Assembly (NCBI RefSeq): GCF_003057965.1
Contig: NZ_CP020921.1
Span: 918,916 to 982,915, forward strand
DNA: 64,000 bases
Reading direction: 5' to 3'
Origin: Thermodesulfobium acidiphilum
GTDB lineage: Bacteria > Thermodesulfobiota > Thermodesulfobiia > Thermodesulfobiales > Thermodesulfobiaceae
Below the pieces are notes generated by a model. That model searched no databases. It was not told the DNA's origin and was given only the letters and a program-made list of their open reading frames with translations. Shown here piece after piece: positions 18,278 to 28,045 of the stretch; within the stretch, counting starts at the first letter, position 1; every line of letters starts with the position of its first letter. A program made the translations under genes and the position numbers.

Positions 18278-20962
18278 TTAAAAATTTTCTTTTAACTCGC
18301 GTTTCCTTTTGCGATATTCTTTAATAATGGCTCTTTCAAGGTTGTTTTCAATTTCTCTTATTTTATTCCAATTATCTTCAATTGGGTTTTTATTCATAAC
18401 ATTTACAGCATTATAATATTCTTCGTAATATTTAAATACTAAGCTATCTTCAGGTATTCCCATATTTTTCATATCAATGTAAAGCTGGCTGTTTTTAAAA
18501 TCTTTAAAAGATAAAATATCCTCTATATGAAAACCAAAGTATATTGACCTTTCCAATATACCATGTTGAACCAATTGCTTTGAATATATTCCTAATAAAC
18601 TCTTTAAGGAGCGAAATCTATAAGATCCAGAAATCAAAAAATCTCTTAACAGATCTTTTGGCATTGGTTTTGCAATTGCGTAACCTTGAAGTAAGGGAAC
18701 TCCCATTGAAATCAGAGCATCAAATATATCGGGAGTTTCTACACCTTCTACTACAAAATATATTCCTTTTGCTCTGGCAAGACCAAAAATAGATTCTACG
18801 AAGTGAAGATCCTGAGGATTCTTTTCTAAACCCCGAATAAAGCTCTGATCTAACTTTATCTTATCGATTGATAAATTTTTTATTCTTAACAATGAAGAAT
18901 AAGCGCTACCTACATCATCAAGTGCAAGTCGAACCCCAATTTTTTTTAATTCTGCAAGATACTCTATTGCTTTCTCTATCTGGGCAAATTCAGTCCTTTC
19001 AAGTATTTCAAAAAATATCTTTGAGGGTTCTAATTTGCTTTTTTGTATAATATTCTTTGCGATCTCAACAAATTTTTCTGAAACGAAACCAGGTTCAACG
19101 TTCACTGAAACAATTAAAGAAAAACCATCATCTTTTAATTCTTCGAGATCTCTAAGTGCAATTGTTAACACCTGTCTAGTTAATTCTAAAAGATTATCAT
19201 TTGTAAATTTTGAGAGAAATTTTTCGGGATAAAGGATATCACCTGAATCATCTAAAAGTCTTGCAAGAGCTTCAACTCCAACTATACTTGAAGTTTGGTT
19301 ATCATAAATTGGCTGATAATAAACTACTACTCTATCCTTTTCCAACAACATTTGATAATGATTTTGTTTCTTTGTTATTTCATCACCATATATAGTCCAA
19401 AAATTAGACCTGTCTTGCTTATGTTTTTTACTATCATAGAGGGCTTGCAGCGCATTTCTTATCATTTCATTCTGGCTTTCAACTTTTACATAAGGGAAAA
19501 GACTCACACCCATACTTAAACCAATTATATTAACCACAGAACTATCCTTTAAATGAATTGGATCAAGTATATTCTTTTCAATCTTTTTAAATATTACAGA
19601 AAGCTTATCTCTATCCTGACAATTTTCAAATATAATTGCAAATTCATCTCCAACAATGCTAAACCTGCATATAAAATCTGTTTTTCTAAGAGATGTTTTC
19701 AATCTTGATGCAACTACTTTTAATACTTCATTGCCAGCTAAATAACCGAATTTCTCATTGATTGTTCTAAAGCGATCAATATTTATTATTGCAAGTGCCA
19801 TAGGCCAACCAAATCTCTTTGCTCGCAAAAAGGCATTTTCAAGTTCTCTCTCAAGCATAATCCTATTTGGAAGTCCTGTTAAGGGGTCGTAGCTTTCTTG
19901 GTACTTCAATTCTTCGCTTAATTTACCTCTTTCTGTTACATCTATAACAGTCCAGATTACATATTTCACGTTATCTTGAGCTTCTATTAGAGTGCCAGAA
20001 ATATCTGAATATAAGATTGTTTTATTTTTTTTAAGAAAACAAACGTTTCTAAGTACTGCGCTCTTGTTCTGAAAAACTGTTTCTTTAGTAAATTGCCCAA
20101 CTTTTTCATAGGTTTCATCATCAGGATAAAACTCTCTTATTTTTAAACCAATTATCTCCCTTTCATCCTCAAAACCTAACATAACTGCAAAAGTTTTGTT
20201 CGAGCTAATTATTTCCCTTTGAGGATATTTAAGCATCACAATTCCAACTCCTGCATTGTTTAACAAGGCATTTCTTAATTGAGCAAGTTTTATTTCTTTA
20301 TTAACTATATCAATATGCTCTAAACCCATACCTATAGCGTATGAAATTCTTTCTAAGGTTTCTCTAACTAAAGCATCCTCAAAAAAATTTTCTTCAGAAT
20401 GATAAAAAGAGATTATTCCCCATATGTTGTTATTTCTAAAGATCGGAAATGCAGCACCTGACGATAAATTATATTTTTTTGATTTTTCATACCAAATTTT
20501 TGGCACCGGGTCTCTTAAAAAGTTCAAATAAACAGGTTTCTTTTCCCTAAATGCTTTACCTACCATTCCTTGGCCTTCAGGTATATCTGAACGAACAGAT
20601 ATATTTATGCCATTTAAAATTCCTGGAATGCCAGATATACTCTTAAATTCTATTTCTTCATTTTTGTTTGTAGTCCCAATAAAAACAAGTTTTATATCGG
20701 TATGCATAAATATTAGTTCACATATTGTCTTAAGGAAAGAATTTTCATCTTTTATTTTATAGGCTATTTGATTTATTTGAAACAATAAAACGTTTAACTC
20801 TAGTAAATTAGATAAAGATTCTTTATTTTTATTCAAACTTCTTAATTGAAATTTTTCATCTGCTTGTAGAAAAAAAGAATGGTTCGTTTTTTTAATTGAA
20901 TTTTTCTTGTGAAAAAAATTTTTGGACTTAAATTTTTTTGAGTTATCGTTATAACTTTTCAT
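18278..20962 (-). CDS. GAF-PAS-GGDEF(degenerate)-EAL protein, probable c-di-GMP phosphodiesterase
   Basis: GAF (PEGQGMVGKAFR), PAS, DPLTGLPNR, RFSIVGDEF, VEALARL, DDVGSAYSSL, KIKLDQSF, VEGVET. Confidence 0.92.
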   Translation of the reverse strand: MKSYNDNSKKFKSKNFFHKKNSIKKTNHSFFLQADEKFQLRSLNKNKESLSNLLELNVLLFQINQIAYKIKDENSFLKTICELIFMHTDIKLVFIGTTNKNEEIEFKSISGIPGILNGINISVRSDIPEGQGMVGKAFREKKPVYLNFLRDPVPKIWYEKSKKYNLSSGAAFPIFRNNNIWGIISFYHSEENFFEDALVRETLERISYAIGMGLEHIDIVNKEIKLAQLRNALLNNAGVGIVMLKYPQREIISSNKTFAVMLGFEDEREIIGLKIREFYPDDETYEKVGQFTKETVFQNKSAVLRNVCFLKKNKTILYSDISGTLIEAQDNVKYVIWTVIDVTERGKLSEELKYQESYDPLTGLPNRIMLERELENAFLRAKRFGWPMALAIINIDRFRTINEKFGYLAGNEVLKVVASRLKTSLRKTDFICRFSIVGDEFAIIFENCQDRDKLSVIFKKIEKNILDPIHLKDSSVVNIIGLSMGVSLFPYVKVESQNEMIRNALQALYDSKKHKQDRSNFWTIYGDEITKKQNHYQMLLEKDRVVVYYQPIYDNQTSSIVGVEALARLLDDSGDILYPEKFLSKFTNDNLLELTRQVLTIALRDLEELKDDGFSLIVSVNVEPGFVSEKFVEIAKNIIQKSKLEPSKIFFEILERTEFAQIEKAIEYLAELKKIGVRLALDDVGSAYSSLLRIKNLSIDKIKLDQSFIRGLEKNPQDLHFVESIFGLARAKGIYFVVEGVETPDIFDALISMGVPLLQGYAIAKPMPKDLLRDFLISGSYRFRSLKSLLGIYSKQLVQHGILERSIYFGFHIEDILSFKDFKNSQLYIDMKNMGIPEDSLVFKYYEEYYNAVNVMNKNPIEDNWNKIREIENNLERAIIKEYRKRKRELKENF

Positions 20963-21075
20963 AATCTAGACAAAAGCCTCTTTAAAAATTATATTTAATA
21001 AATAACTGATAACAAAAATAAACTTTTTTGAATTTGTAAAAATTTTTCTGAAGTGCTTTTTAACAGTATGTGTAT

Positions 21076-21087
21076 GGGGGGGGGGGG
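21076..21087. repeat. G12 homopolymer tract
   Basis: 12 consecutive G in very AT-rich intergenic DNA, about 115 bp upstream of the EAL gene. Confidence 0.95.
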
Positions 21088-21601
21088 CTGAAAAGCATCA
21101 AAAAGTGGTAAACCTTATACAAGGAAAAAGTGAAATAAGAAAATAGTACAACATTAGCAAAATAAAAAAACCTATCCTTTAAAAAACTTGAAACCATAAA
21201 AAACACTTTTAAAAATTACAAAATATATTACTCTTCTAATCAAATTAGCTATTTCTCCATCCTAAAAGCTAAAATTAAAATTAAAGAAAACATATCATTT
21301 TTTGTATAAAGCCTGATATTCAATCATGCTTTAAAATTATATCATATAGCACTTTGTTGAGCTAGAATCTCGTAGTAAATTTTTGCTTTTTAACACGATA
21401 GCTATAGTTAGCAGTTGTTTAATACTGTTAAAAAATTTTTAGAAAATTATTTTAAGAAATAACTAAACAGAATTAATAAGAACTTAAAAATTTTAGCGCA
21501 TCCAAACCAAAATTTATGTTTATTCCAAGTTGAATATTAAATATGATGACAAAATAAAAATATTTGTTTTATCGTATGAAGTATATGCTAAACTATGTTA
21601 T

Positions 21602-21703
21602 AGTTTCTCCGAGTTTGCATTTCTAAAGCTTAAATGCTATGAGTACAAACCGATACGGTAGTTTTGGAAACGAAACTGCCCCCACATTTGGAAAGGAGGA
21701 AAT
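21602..21703 (+). ncRNA. Moco RNA motif riboswitch, probably the P3-less tungsten-cofactor-type variant
   Basis: CTCCGAG...CTAA...TATG...GGTAGTTTTGGAAACGAAACTGCC-CCCACATTTGGAAAGGAG matches the Moco-motif pattern as I know it (receptor in P2, GAAA loop in P4, SD sequestered in P1). Confidence 0.8.
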
Positions 21704-21706
21704 TGT

Positions 21707-21775
21707 ATGAGATTTATACATTCAGATTATTATACTTGTTTTCTTGCCTCGCTAATTATCTTTTTCTACCCTTAG
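21707..21775 (+). pseudogene. 22-codon ORF directly under riboswitch control; probable gene stump
   Basis: ATG follows the riboswitch SD; MRFIHSDYYTCFLASLIIFFYP-stop. Confidence 0.45.
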
Positions 21776-21917
21776 AAAAATTTGCTTTTTTGATTTAAAA
21801 ACCTAAAACTTAAGTAAAATTAGGTTTTAGTAAATAAAGAACGATTATGTCGACAAAAGTTATAACATTTATGTTGTAGCGATCCAAATTTAAAAACTTA
21901 AATAGATGGAGGTTGTT

Positions 21918-23555
21918 GTGAATCAGAAAGAAGATAACTATTTTGAATTTAAATTTCCTGTTATAAATAAAATACCAGCTAAATTTGCTCTGAAAGATCA
22001 CATTGATCAAACAGAGTATCTTTGTAATGGAGAGTTAAAATCATGGAACAAAGAAAAAATCTCTATTTTCTCACCAATTTTCGTTTGTAAGGATAAAGAT
22101 TCAATGCCTGAGCAAATGGTGCTGGGAAGCTGTCCATCATTAGATGAGGAAGAAACACTAAAAATTCTTGACGCCGCTGTCAAAGCATATAATGATGGCA
22201 ATGGAATATGGCCATTAATGAGGGTTGAAGATAGAATAAAATGCGTTGAAAAATTTATATATTTAATGGGGGAAAATAAAGATGAAATTGTAAACCTTTT
22301 AATGTGGGAAATTGCAAAATCACATAAAGACTCAGAAAAAGAATTTGACAGAACTATAAAGTATATGATTGATACCATTGATGCACTAAAAACTCTTGAT
22401 AGAAACTCATCAAGATTTCTAATTGAAGACTCAATAATTGCACAAATTAGAAGGTCACCACTTGGCATAGTGCTATGTATGGGTCCATTTAATTATCCTC
22501 TGAATGAAACTTTTACAACCCTTATACCTGCCTTGATTATGGGAAATGTGGTTATTTTTAAGCCACCAAAACATGGTATTCTTTTATATAGGCCATTGCT
22601 CAAAGCATTCAAGGAAGCGTTTCCACCAGGCGTTATAAACACACTTTACGGAAGAGGAAGGGTTGTAGCATCAGCTTTAATGTCAACAGGAAAGATTAGC
22701 TGTCTGGCCTTTATTGGAACTAGCAAGGCCGCTGATTCATTACAAAAATCACATCCAATGCCTCACAGATTAAGAATGATACTTGGCCTTGAAGCAAAGA
22801 ATCCTGCAATTGTTTTACCCGACGCATCAATTTCTCTTACAGTAAAAGAGTGTTTGCTTGGAGCTCTTTCATTCAATGGACAAAGGTGTACAGCGCTCAA
22901 AATACTATTTATACATTCTAAAATTGTAGACATATTCCTTGAGGAATTATCAAATGAAATCGGAAAGTTAAAAATTGGTGCTCCATTTGACGATGATGTC
23001 TTTATAACGCCAATGCCTGATGAAAGCAGAATAAAATATTTTATTGAACTTATTGAAGATGCAAAACTTTTAGGTGCAAAAATAGTTAATAAGTTTGGTG
23101 GTTCATATAATAAAACATTCTTTTACCCTACAATTTTGTATCCCGTCAGTAATAAATCCAGAATATATAATGAAGAACAATTTGGGCCAATTATCCCAGT
23201 TGTTCCATTCTCGAATATTGAGGAACCATTAAAATATATAACTGAATCCAATTACGGTCAGCAAGCAAGTATTTTTGGGACTGATCCAGATGTGATAGCT
23301 AAAATTATAGATATACTTGTAAATCAGGTATGTAGAGTAAATTTAAATTCTCAATGCCAAAGAGGCCCCGATATATTTCCTTTTACAGGAAGAAAAGATT
23401 CAGCAGTTGGTACCCTTTCGGTTTCAGATGCTCTAAGATCCTTTTCCATAAGGACTCTTGTCGCTGCTAAATCAAATGATTTAAATAAAGATTTAATAAG
23501 GAAAATTATCAAAGGCAATAAATCACAATTTTTATCAACCGATTTTATATTTTAG
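21918..23555 (+). CDS. gapN: NADP-dependent non-phosphorylating GAPDH-like aldehyde dehydrogenase
   Basis: GPFNYPLNE, FIGTS, LGLEAKN, FNGQRCTALK, EEQFGP; GTG 21918 follows GGAGG (track start 21906). Confidence 0.82.
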   Translation: MNQKEDNYFEFKFPVINKIPAKFALKDHIDQTEYLCNGELKSWNKEKISIFSPIFVCKDKDSMPEQMVLGSCPSLDEEETLKILDAAVKAYNDGNGIWPLMRVEDRIKCVEKFIYLMGENKDEIVNLLMWEIAKSHKDSEKEFDRTIKYMIDTIDALKTLDRNSSRFLIEDSIIAQIRRSPLGIVLCMGPFNYPLNETFTTLIPALIMGNVVIFKPPKHGILLYRPLLKAFKEAFPPGVINTLYGRGRVVASALMSTGKISCLAFIGTSKAADSLQKSHPMPHRLRMILGLEAKNPAIVLPDASISLTVKECLLGALSFNGQRCTALKILFIHSKIVDIFLEELSNEIGKLKIGAPFDDDVFITPMPDESRIKYFIELIEDAKLLGAKIVNKFGGSYNKTFFYPTILYPVSNKSRIYNEEQFGPIIPVVPFSNIEEPLKYITESNYGQQASIFGTDPDVIAKIIDILVNQVCRVNLNSQCQRGPDIFPFTGRKDSAVGTLSVSDALRSFSIRTLVAAKSNDLNKDLIRKIIKGNKSQFLSTDFIF

Positions 23556-23573
23556 CAAATCTAAAGCCCAAAT

Positions 23574-24230
23574 TTAATCCTTAATGACTAAAAATACAGC
23601 TCCTATTATCATTGCCGCGCCAATCCAAGAAGTTATTCCGAAATATTCACCGAGAACAAAGCAGTCAAGAAATGCGCCAACAAGAGGTTGAAAGAAGAAA
23701 TAAAGACCTAATGATTAGGAATCTTTTTTATAATGACAGAAATAAACGTCCAGATTAAAGCAGCAAAAATCAATATCAAGCCGCCAAGTTGAAAAGATCT
23801 ATCAAAACCGCTCAATCCAACTATTAGCAATACTTATGCAGTGGCAAGTATAACAGATATTGACTTCTTCAAAGTAATCTTTTCATTTAATAACAAACGA
23901 GCAAAAATAACCATAAAAGCAGGAGTGACCGATGTAATCACCGGCCCATCTGAGCAGAAGAGAGTTTTGTACCTGCGAACTGTGCTCAAATTGAGAAAAA
24001 ATATCCAATGATACCAATGCAAATAATAATTGGCATATCTTTTCTTTTTATATCCCAGGATTGGTGAGTAAAAAACCAACGATAATAAGTGTTACCAACG
24101 CTACTAAATATCTAAGCCAAACCAATTCTAAGCGTTGAATTACTGTAAGTACCATTTTACTCATTACATATATACCTCCCCATATGCTTACAGCCAGAGC
24201 AAGATATAGCTGACCAATATGTTTTTTCAT
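23574..24230 (-). pseudogene. Fragmented EamA/DMT transporter
   Basis: N-terminus IWGGIYVMSK...LVWLRY, middle TPAFMVIFARLLLNEKIT and C-terminus FFFQPLVGA...LGE are split across frames with apparent internal deletions. Confidence 0.8.
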
Positions 24231-24430
24231 CTATCCAATAGTAGGTTCCTAAATGAAATATAAAATAACTCATTGTCTCCAAAAGAATATTAAAACCGAC
24301 CCTTAATTAAGATATTATATAACTTTTAAATCTGTAAGCTTTATCAGTAAAAATGATAAAAATATATGTTACCATGATTAATGGTGATTCAGAATATTTA
24401 TAAATATTTATTTTGGATGGAGGGAAAATT

Positions 24431-24586
24431 ATGATACCAGCTCAAGGTTTACCCCCTGTTCCACATTTGGTTTTTGGAATATTCAATCTTGCAATACCTG
24501 ACATCATAGCATGGATGATTGTTTTAATTGTTTTTGTCATATTAATTTGGCTTAGATTGCCAAAGTTTTTTGAAGGGAACAAGTAA
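24431..24586 (+). CDS. 51-aa single-TM protein heading the cytochrome b operon
   Basis: SD GGAGGG; MIPAQGLPPVPHLVFGIFNLAIPDIIAWMIVLIVFVILIWLRLPKFFEGNK; stop 1 nt before next ATG. Confidence 0.8.
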   Translation: MIPAQGLPPVPHLVFGIFNLAIPDIIAWMIVLIVFVILIWLRLPKFFEGNK

Positions 24587-24587
24587 A

Positions 24588-25169
24588 ATGAACATAACAA
24601 AAAAAACAAAAAACTTTTTTAAGGAAAATCTTACTTCAGATGATATTTTCCCTACAACTATGCCAGCTTATATTAATTCCTTTGCTTACATATTTGGTGT
24701 CGTTTCTCTTTCATCCTTTATTTTTCTAATAATTACAGGAGTAATATTAGTTTCATTTGGTCCAGCATGGTATCACTTTTCAAAAATTGGAGCTTTTGTT
24801 AACTCTCTTCATTTTTGGGGAGTTCAAATCTTTTTTGGAGGACTTATTCTTCATCTAATGTCAAAATTCTCAATGGCAGCATATAGAGATGGACGAGGCA
24901 AAACATGGTTTTTCGGAATGTTAGCCTTTGGATTAGCAACCTTTGAGGGATTTACTGGATATCTTTCTCAAACAAATTGGGATTCTCAATGGATTGCCGT
25001 ACAGTCAAAAGATTTACTTAATGCTATGGGAATTGGTGGGTTTTTCGATCCAATGAACACAGCACAAGTTTTCGGTTTCCACATTTTAGTGGTACCTCTT
25101 GTTTTAATTGTGTTAATTCTGATTCATCTTTTTCTCGTCAGAAGTGAAGGTCCCATAAAACCTTTATAA
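24588..25169 (+). CDS. Cytochrome b/b6 N-terminal domain protein
   Basis: Four TM helices with paired His in SLHFWG...LHLM and FHIL...IHLF; FTGYLS; start at ATG 24588. Confidence 0.88.
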   Translation: MNITKKTKNFFKENLTSDDIFPTTMPAYINSFAYIFGVVSLSSFIFLIITGVILVSFGPAWYHFSKIGAFVNSLHFWGVQIFFGGLILHLMSKFSMAAYRDGRGKTWFFGMLAFGLATFEGFTGYLSQTNWDSQWIAVQSKDLLNAMGIGGFFDPMNTAQVFGFHILVVPLVLIVLILIHLFLVRSEGPIKPL

Positions 25170-25190
25170 ATTTATGTGGGGTGAAAAAAT

Positions 25191-26138
25191 ATGAGCTTAA
25201 AATCAGATGAATATTTAAAGAATGTTCCGTTAAAATCTTATGATCTTATAAAAGAGGGCTTAGCTGTATTCATATCCATAGCCATAATAATATTTGCTCT
25301 TGCTCTAATATTTGGCTCACCAGACTATCCTCCAGTTACTGCAAAGCAAATTGCAAAATATGAAACCATATCTTATTTGAAAACATTTATAAACATCCTT
25401 GAAGGAAAAAGTTCGATTAGCGACTATGGTCCACCTTATGATAGCGATACCTCTCAGTCTCAGAACTTTTTTGGCATTAAGCCTTCAGTCATTTTAGGTG
25501 TAACTACACCGATTAATCCAATAGATGATTTCATAATAAATCCTCTTGAAAAGATTGCTATATTTGACAATAATTTAAAATCGTCTCTTGAGGAATATAA
25601 AAATGCTACTAATGAACAAAAATTGAAATGGGTAAAATCTTATGATAAGGCACTTGAAAATGCAAAAATTGAAAACAACAATGTAATAATTCCTAATGGT
25701 GACTACGGTCCTATAAAAACAATGATGAACAGTTTATTTAAGTTGGGTTTGTCTGGCTTACTCGAAGGATCAATTGTCTCTTCAAATTCTCCTTATGACT
25801 TTTATAATATGAATTTTACGAAACCATTGCTGCTTTTTCAGGGAAAAGTTTATCACAGTGTTGCAAAGCAATTGGATATGCTTGGAGAAGATTGGGGTAT
25901 ATCTAATGAAACGGGAAATTATCCTGGCGCTTGGTGGCTTTGGCCATATACACTCGCATACCAGCTACCGCCCATGTCAACATCTTCCAATGGAGATTTA
26001 CAAGTTGGCATTTTGATGATGACATTTTTCTTAGTCCTTTTATTATTTCCATATTTACCCTTATTGAATAAGATACCAAAATTTTTAAAAATTTATAAAA
26101 TAATTTGGAGAGATTGGTATAAAAATCAAAAAAATTAA
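25191..26138 (+). CDS. Membrane-anchored partner of cytochrome b (subunit IV-like position, large extracytoplasmic loop)
   Basis: N-terminal TM, YPGAWWLWPY, C-terminal TM ending LLLFPYLP; no CxxCH. Confidence 0.65.
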   Translation: MSLKSDEYLKNVPLKSYDLIKEGLAVFISIAIIIFALALIFGSPDYPPVTAKQIAKYETISYLKTFINILEGKSSISDYGPPYDSDTSQSQNFFGIKPSVILGVTTPINPIDDFIINPLEKIAIFDNNLKSSLEEYKNATNEQKLKWVKSYDKALENAKIENNNVIIPNGDYGPIKTMMNSLFKLGLSGLLEGSIVSSNSPYDFYNMNFTKPLLLFQGKVYHSVAKQLDMLGEDWGISNETGNYPGAWWLWPYTLAYQLPPMSTSSNGDLQVGILMMTFFLVLLLFPYLPLLNKIPKFLKIYKIIWRDWYKNQKN

Positions 26139-26210
26139 ACTTACAAAATAATTTGTAAATTCATTATTACATTCAAATAATTTACCTCATCATTTAAAGT
26201 CATTTAAGAC

Positions 26211-26238
26211 TTGAAAATTGTTTTATTAAATGTATAAT
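26211..26238 (+). promoter_or_regulatory. Sigma70-type promoter
   Basis: TTGAAA-N16-TATAAT. Confidence 0.55.
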
Positions 26239-26273
26239 CTCTAAATTTTATTTTTGTCACGACACACATAATT

Positions 26274-26567
26274 ATGAGTCTAATACGTTCAAAATAGGGA
26301 AGAGTACCCTTCGAAATATTAACTTTCCTTTTTACTTCAGAAATTCTTATAAATTTCCCCCCAAATTTTATTCAGACTAGAGAGAATCTGCTTCGAAAGT
26401 CTGAATTATCAAAAGTAGAGTTCTTATCAAATTTTCCAACTAAAAAATCCTCAATTCTGATTTGTAAGTTTGACGATGATAACAATCTTCAGGATATAGT
26501 TTCAAGTTTCAAAGTCCAATCCAACATCTTACGTTATATTTTTCGTCCATCTCATCCGCCATCTTAA
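26274..26567 (+). pseudogene. 98-codon frame with internal TAG at codon 8, ending IFRPSHPPS
   Basis: ATG 26274, TAG, then 89 open codons in AT-rich DNA, just downstream of a promoter. Confidence 0.4.
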
Positions 26568-26678
26568 ATCTTTCACTTTTAATTTTAAACCTTAAAATTA
26601 AATAAATACCAAGCTTGTAATACATTTATCAGAAAAAATATATAATTATTGTTAACGAATTTTAAAAAGGGAGAAAGG

Positions 26679-26900
26679 ATGTTAAGCAAGTTTTTGCTAA
26701 TAATTTCATTATTTTTTGTTCTAACAGATTTTTACCAATCCTCTACGGCTTATGCTTTTACGTTTATAAACTTTTATGTAGATTCATTTGAGGATACATT
26801 CTCATATCCAAAAGAAGGCATAGTTGTTATTCCAAACGGCAAAATAAAACTCTCGGTTTTAGAAGAGTATTCATATTTAAATAAAAATATTAGAATTTAA
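26679..26900 (+). CDS. Short secreted hypothetical protein, possibly truncated
   Basis: SD GGAGAAAGG; signal peptide MLSKFLLII...AYA. Confidence 0.55.
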   Translation: MLSKFLLIISLFFVLTDFYQSSTAYAFTFINFYVDSFEDTFSYPKEGIVVIPNGKIKLSVLEEYSYLNKNIRI

Positions 26901-27202
26901 TGATTATTTGCAAAATTAATTCCTTCTCTTACTTCCTGAATCGCTTTATCTGTATATTCAATTGCTTTAACTCTATGCCCATTATAATCATGAGCTGCTT
27001 TATCAAGATGATCTCTAGCTTTTATTAAAAGATTTAAGGCAGCATCCATTTGAGAATGTTTCCCCCAAGCTAACTGTTGATAGTATTCAGGTATAAATGT
27101 TTGAGCCTGAGCAAAACTTTTATTAAAAACCCAATTAAAAGAAAAACCAGTAGCTAACATAAGAGCAGCACCCAAAAATAAACCAAATAAAAAATTTTTC
27201 AT
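26897..27202 (-). CDS. Small secreted helical protein
   Basis: SD AAGGAGG before ATG 27202; signal peptide; QMDAAL...AAHDYNGHRVKAI segment. Confidence 0.8.
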   Translation of the reverse strand: MKNFLFGLFLGAALMLATGFSFNWVFNKSFAQAQTFIPEYYQQLAWGKHSQMDAALNLLIKARDHLDKAAHDYNGHRVKAIEYTDKAIQEVREGINFANNH

Positions 27203-27281
27203 AGAAACCTCCTTAAAATAATTAATATAGATTTTTATCACAATTTTTTTATTTAAACTTTATTAATTATTAAAACTTTTT

Positions 27282-28001
27282 CTATTCAAGAATTTTTATT
27301 TCACACTGTTCCAAATTTTCAGGTAATATTAATGAATTATTCCCACGAGCAATATTTATTTTATTAAACAATTTTGCAAGAGAAAGAACGTCTTCAGCAC
27401 AATAGAAAGCAATGTCTTCTAGCTTATTCTCCCTAAAATACTCACCAACCTGTTTACCATTCATTTGAGTCTTGCATTCAATACCATTAAGCATACATAA
27501 AGCCTTCAAAGAAGAATAAGAATTAGTAAGCAAATACGTATCTATGTGATAAATGGTATTTCTACTCGTATAATTTGGCCTATTATTTTCCCATTTATCA
27601 TTTGTATCAAGATATTCCTTTAAACCATCCTTTGCCTCTTGAGACAACAAATCGTAGTATTTAATAGCCTGAAGCGTTAAAATTGGCATATCAAAACTTT
27701 GACCGTTATAGGTGACAATTATAGGGTATGTTAAATTCCTTTGTTTCGATTTTTCTATTAGCAAATAAAATCCTGAAAAAAACTTATCAACTATTAAAGA
27801 TGCATTTTTGCTCACAAAAGACTTAAAATAGAAATCCTGAGTTCCAATATTTACAATAACCGAAAAGCAAATGGGGATATGAAATACATTTTGTCTTATA
27901 AATTCATTATTGTTGAACTGAATTATATTCTTCTCAGAACCTGTCTTTCTAAGAAGTTCATCATCAATAATTGTTTCGATATCTAAAAATAAATAACTCA
28001 T
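27282..28001 (-). CDS. DEDD 3'-5' exonuclease, PolB-exonuclease-like
   Basis: DIET, YNGQSFD, HID, YCAEDV. Confidence 0.85.
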   Translation of the reverse strand: MSYLFLDIETIIDDELLRKTGSEKNIIQFNNNEFIRQNVFHIPICFSVIVNIGTQDFYFKSFVSKNASLIVDKFFSGFYLLIEKSKQRNLTYPIIVTYNGQSFDMPILTLQAIKYYDLLSQEAKDGLKEYLDTNDKWENNRPNYTSRNTIYHIDTYLLTNSYSSLKALCMLNGIECKTQMNGKQVGEYFRENKLEDIAFYCAEDVLSLAKLFNKINIARGNNSLILPENLEQCEIKILE

Positions 28002-28045
28002 TTTCTAAGCATGACTACCTTTTCTTAAATTTTCAAAACTGTTTA

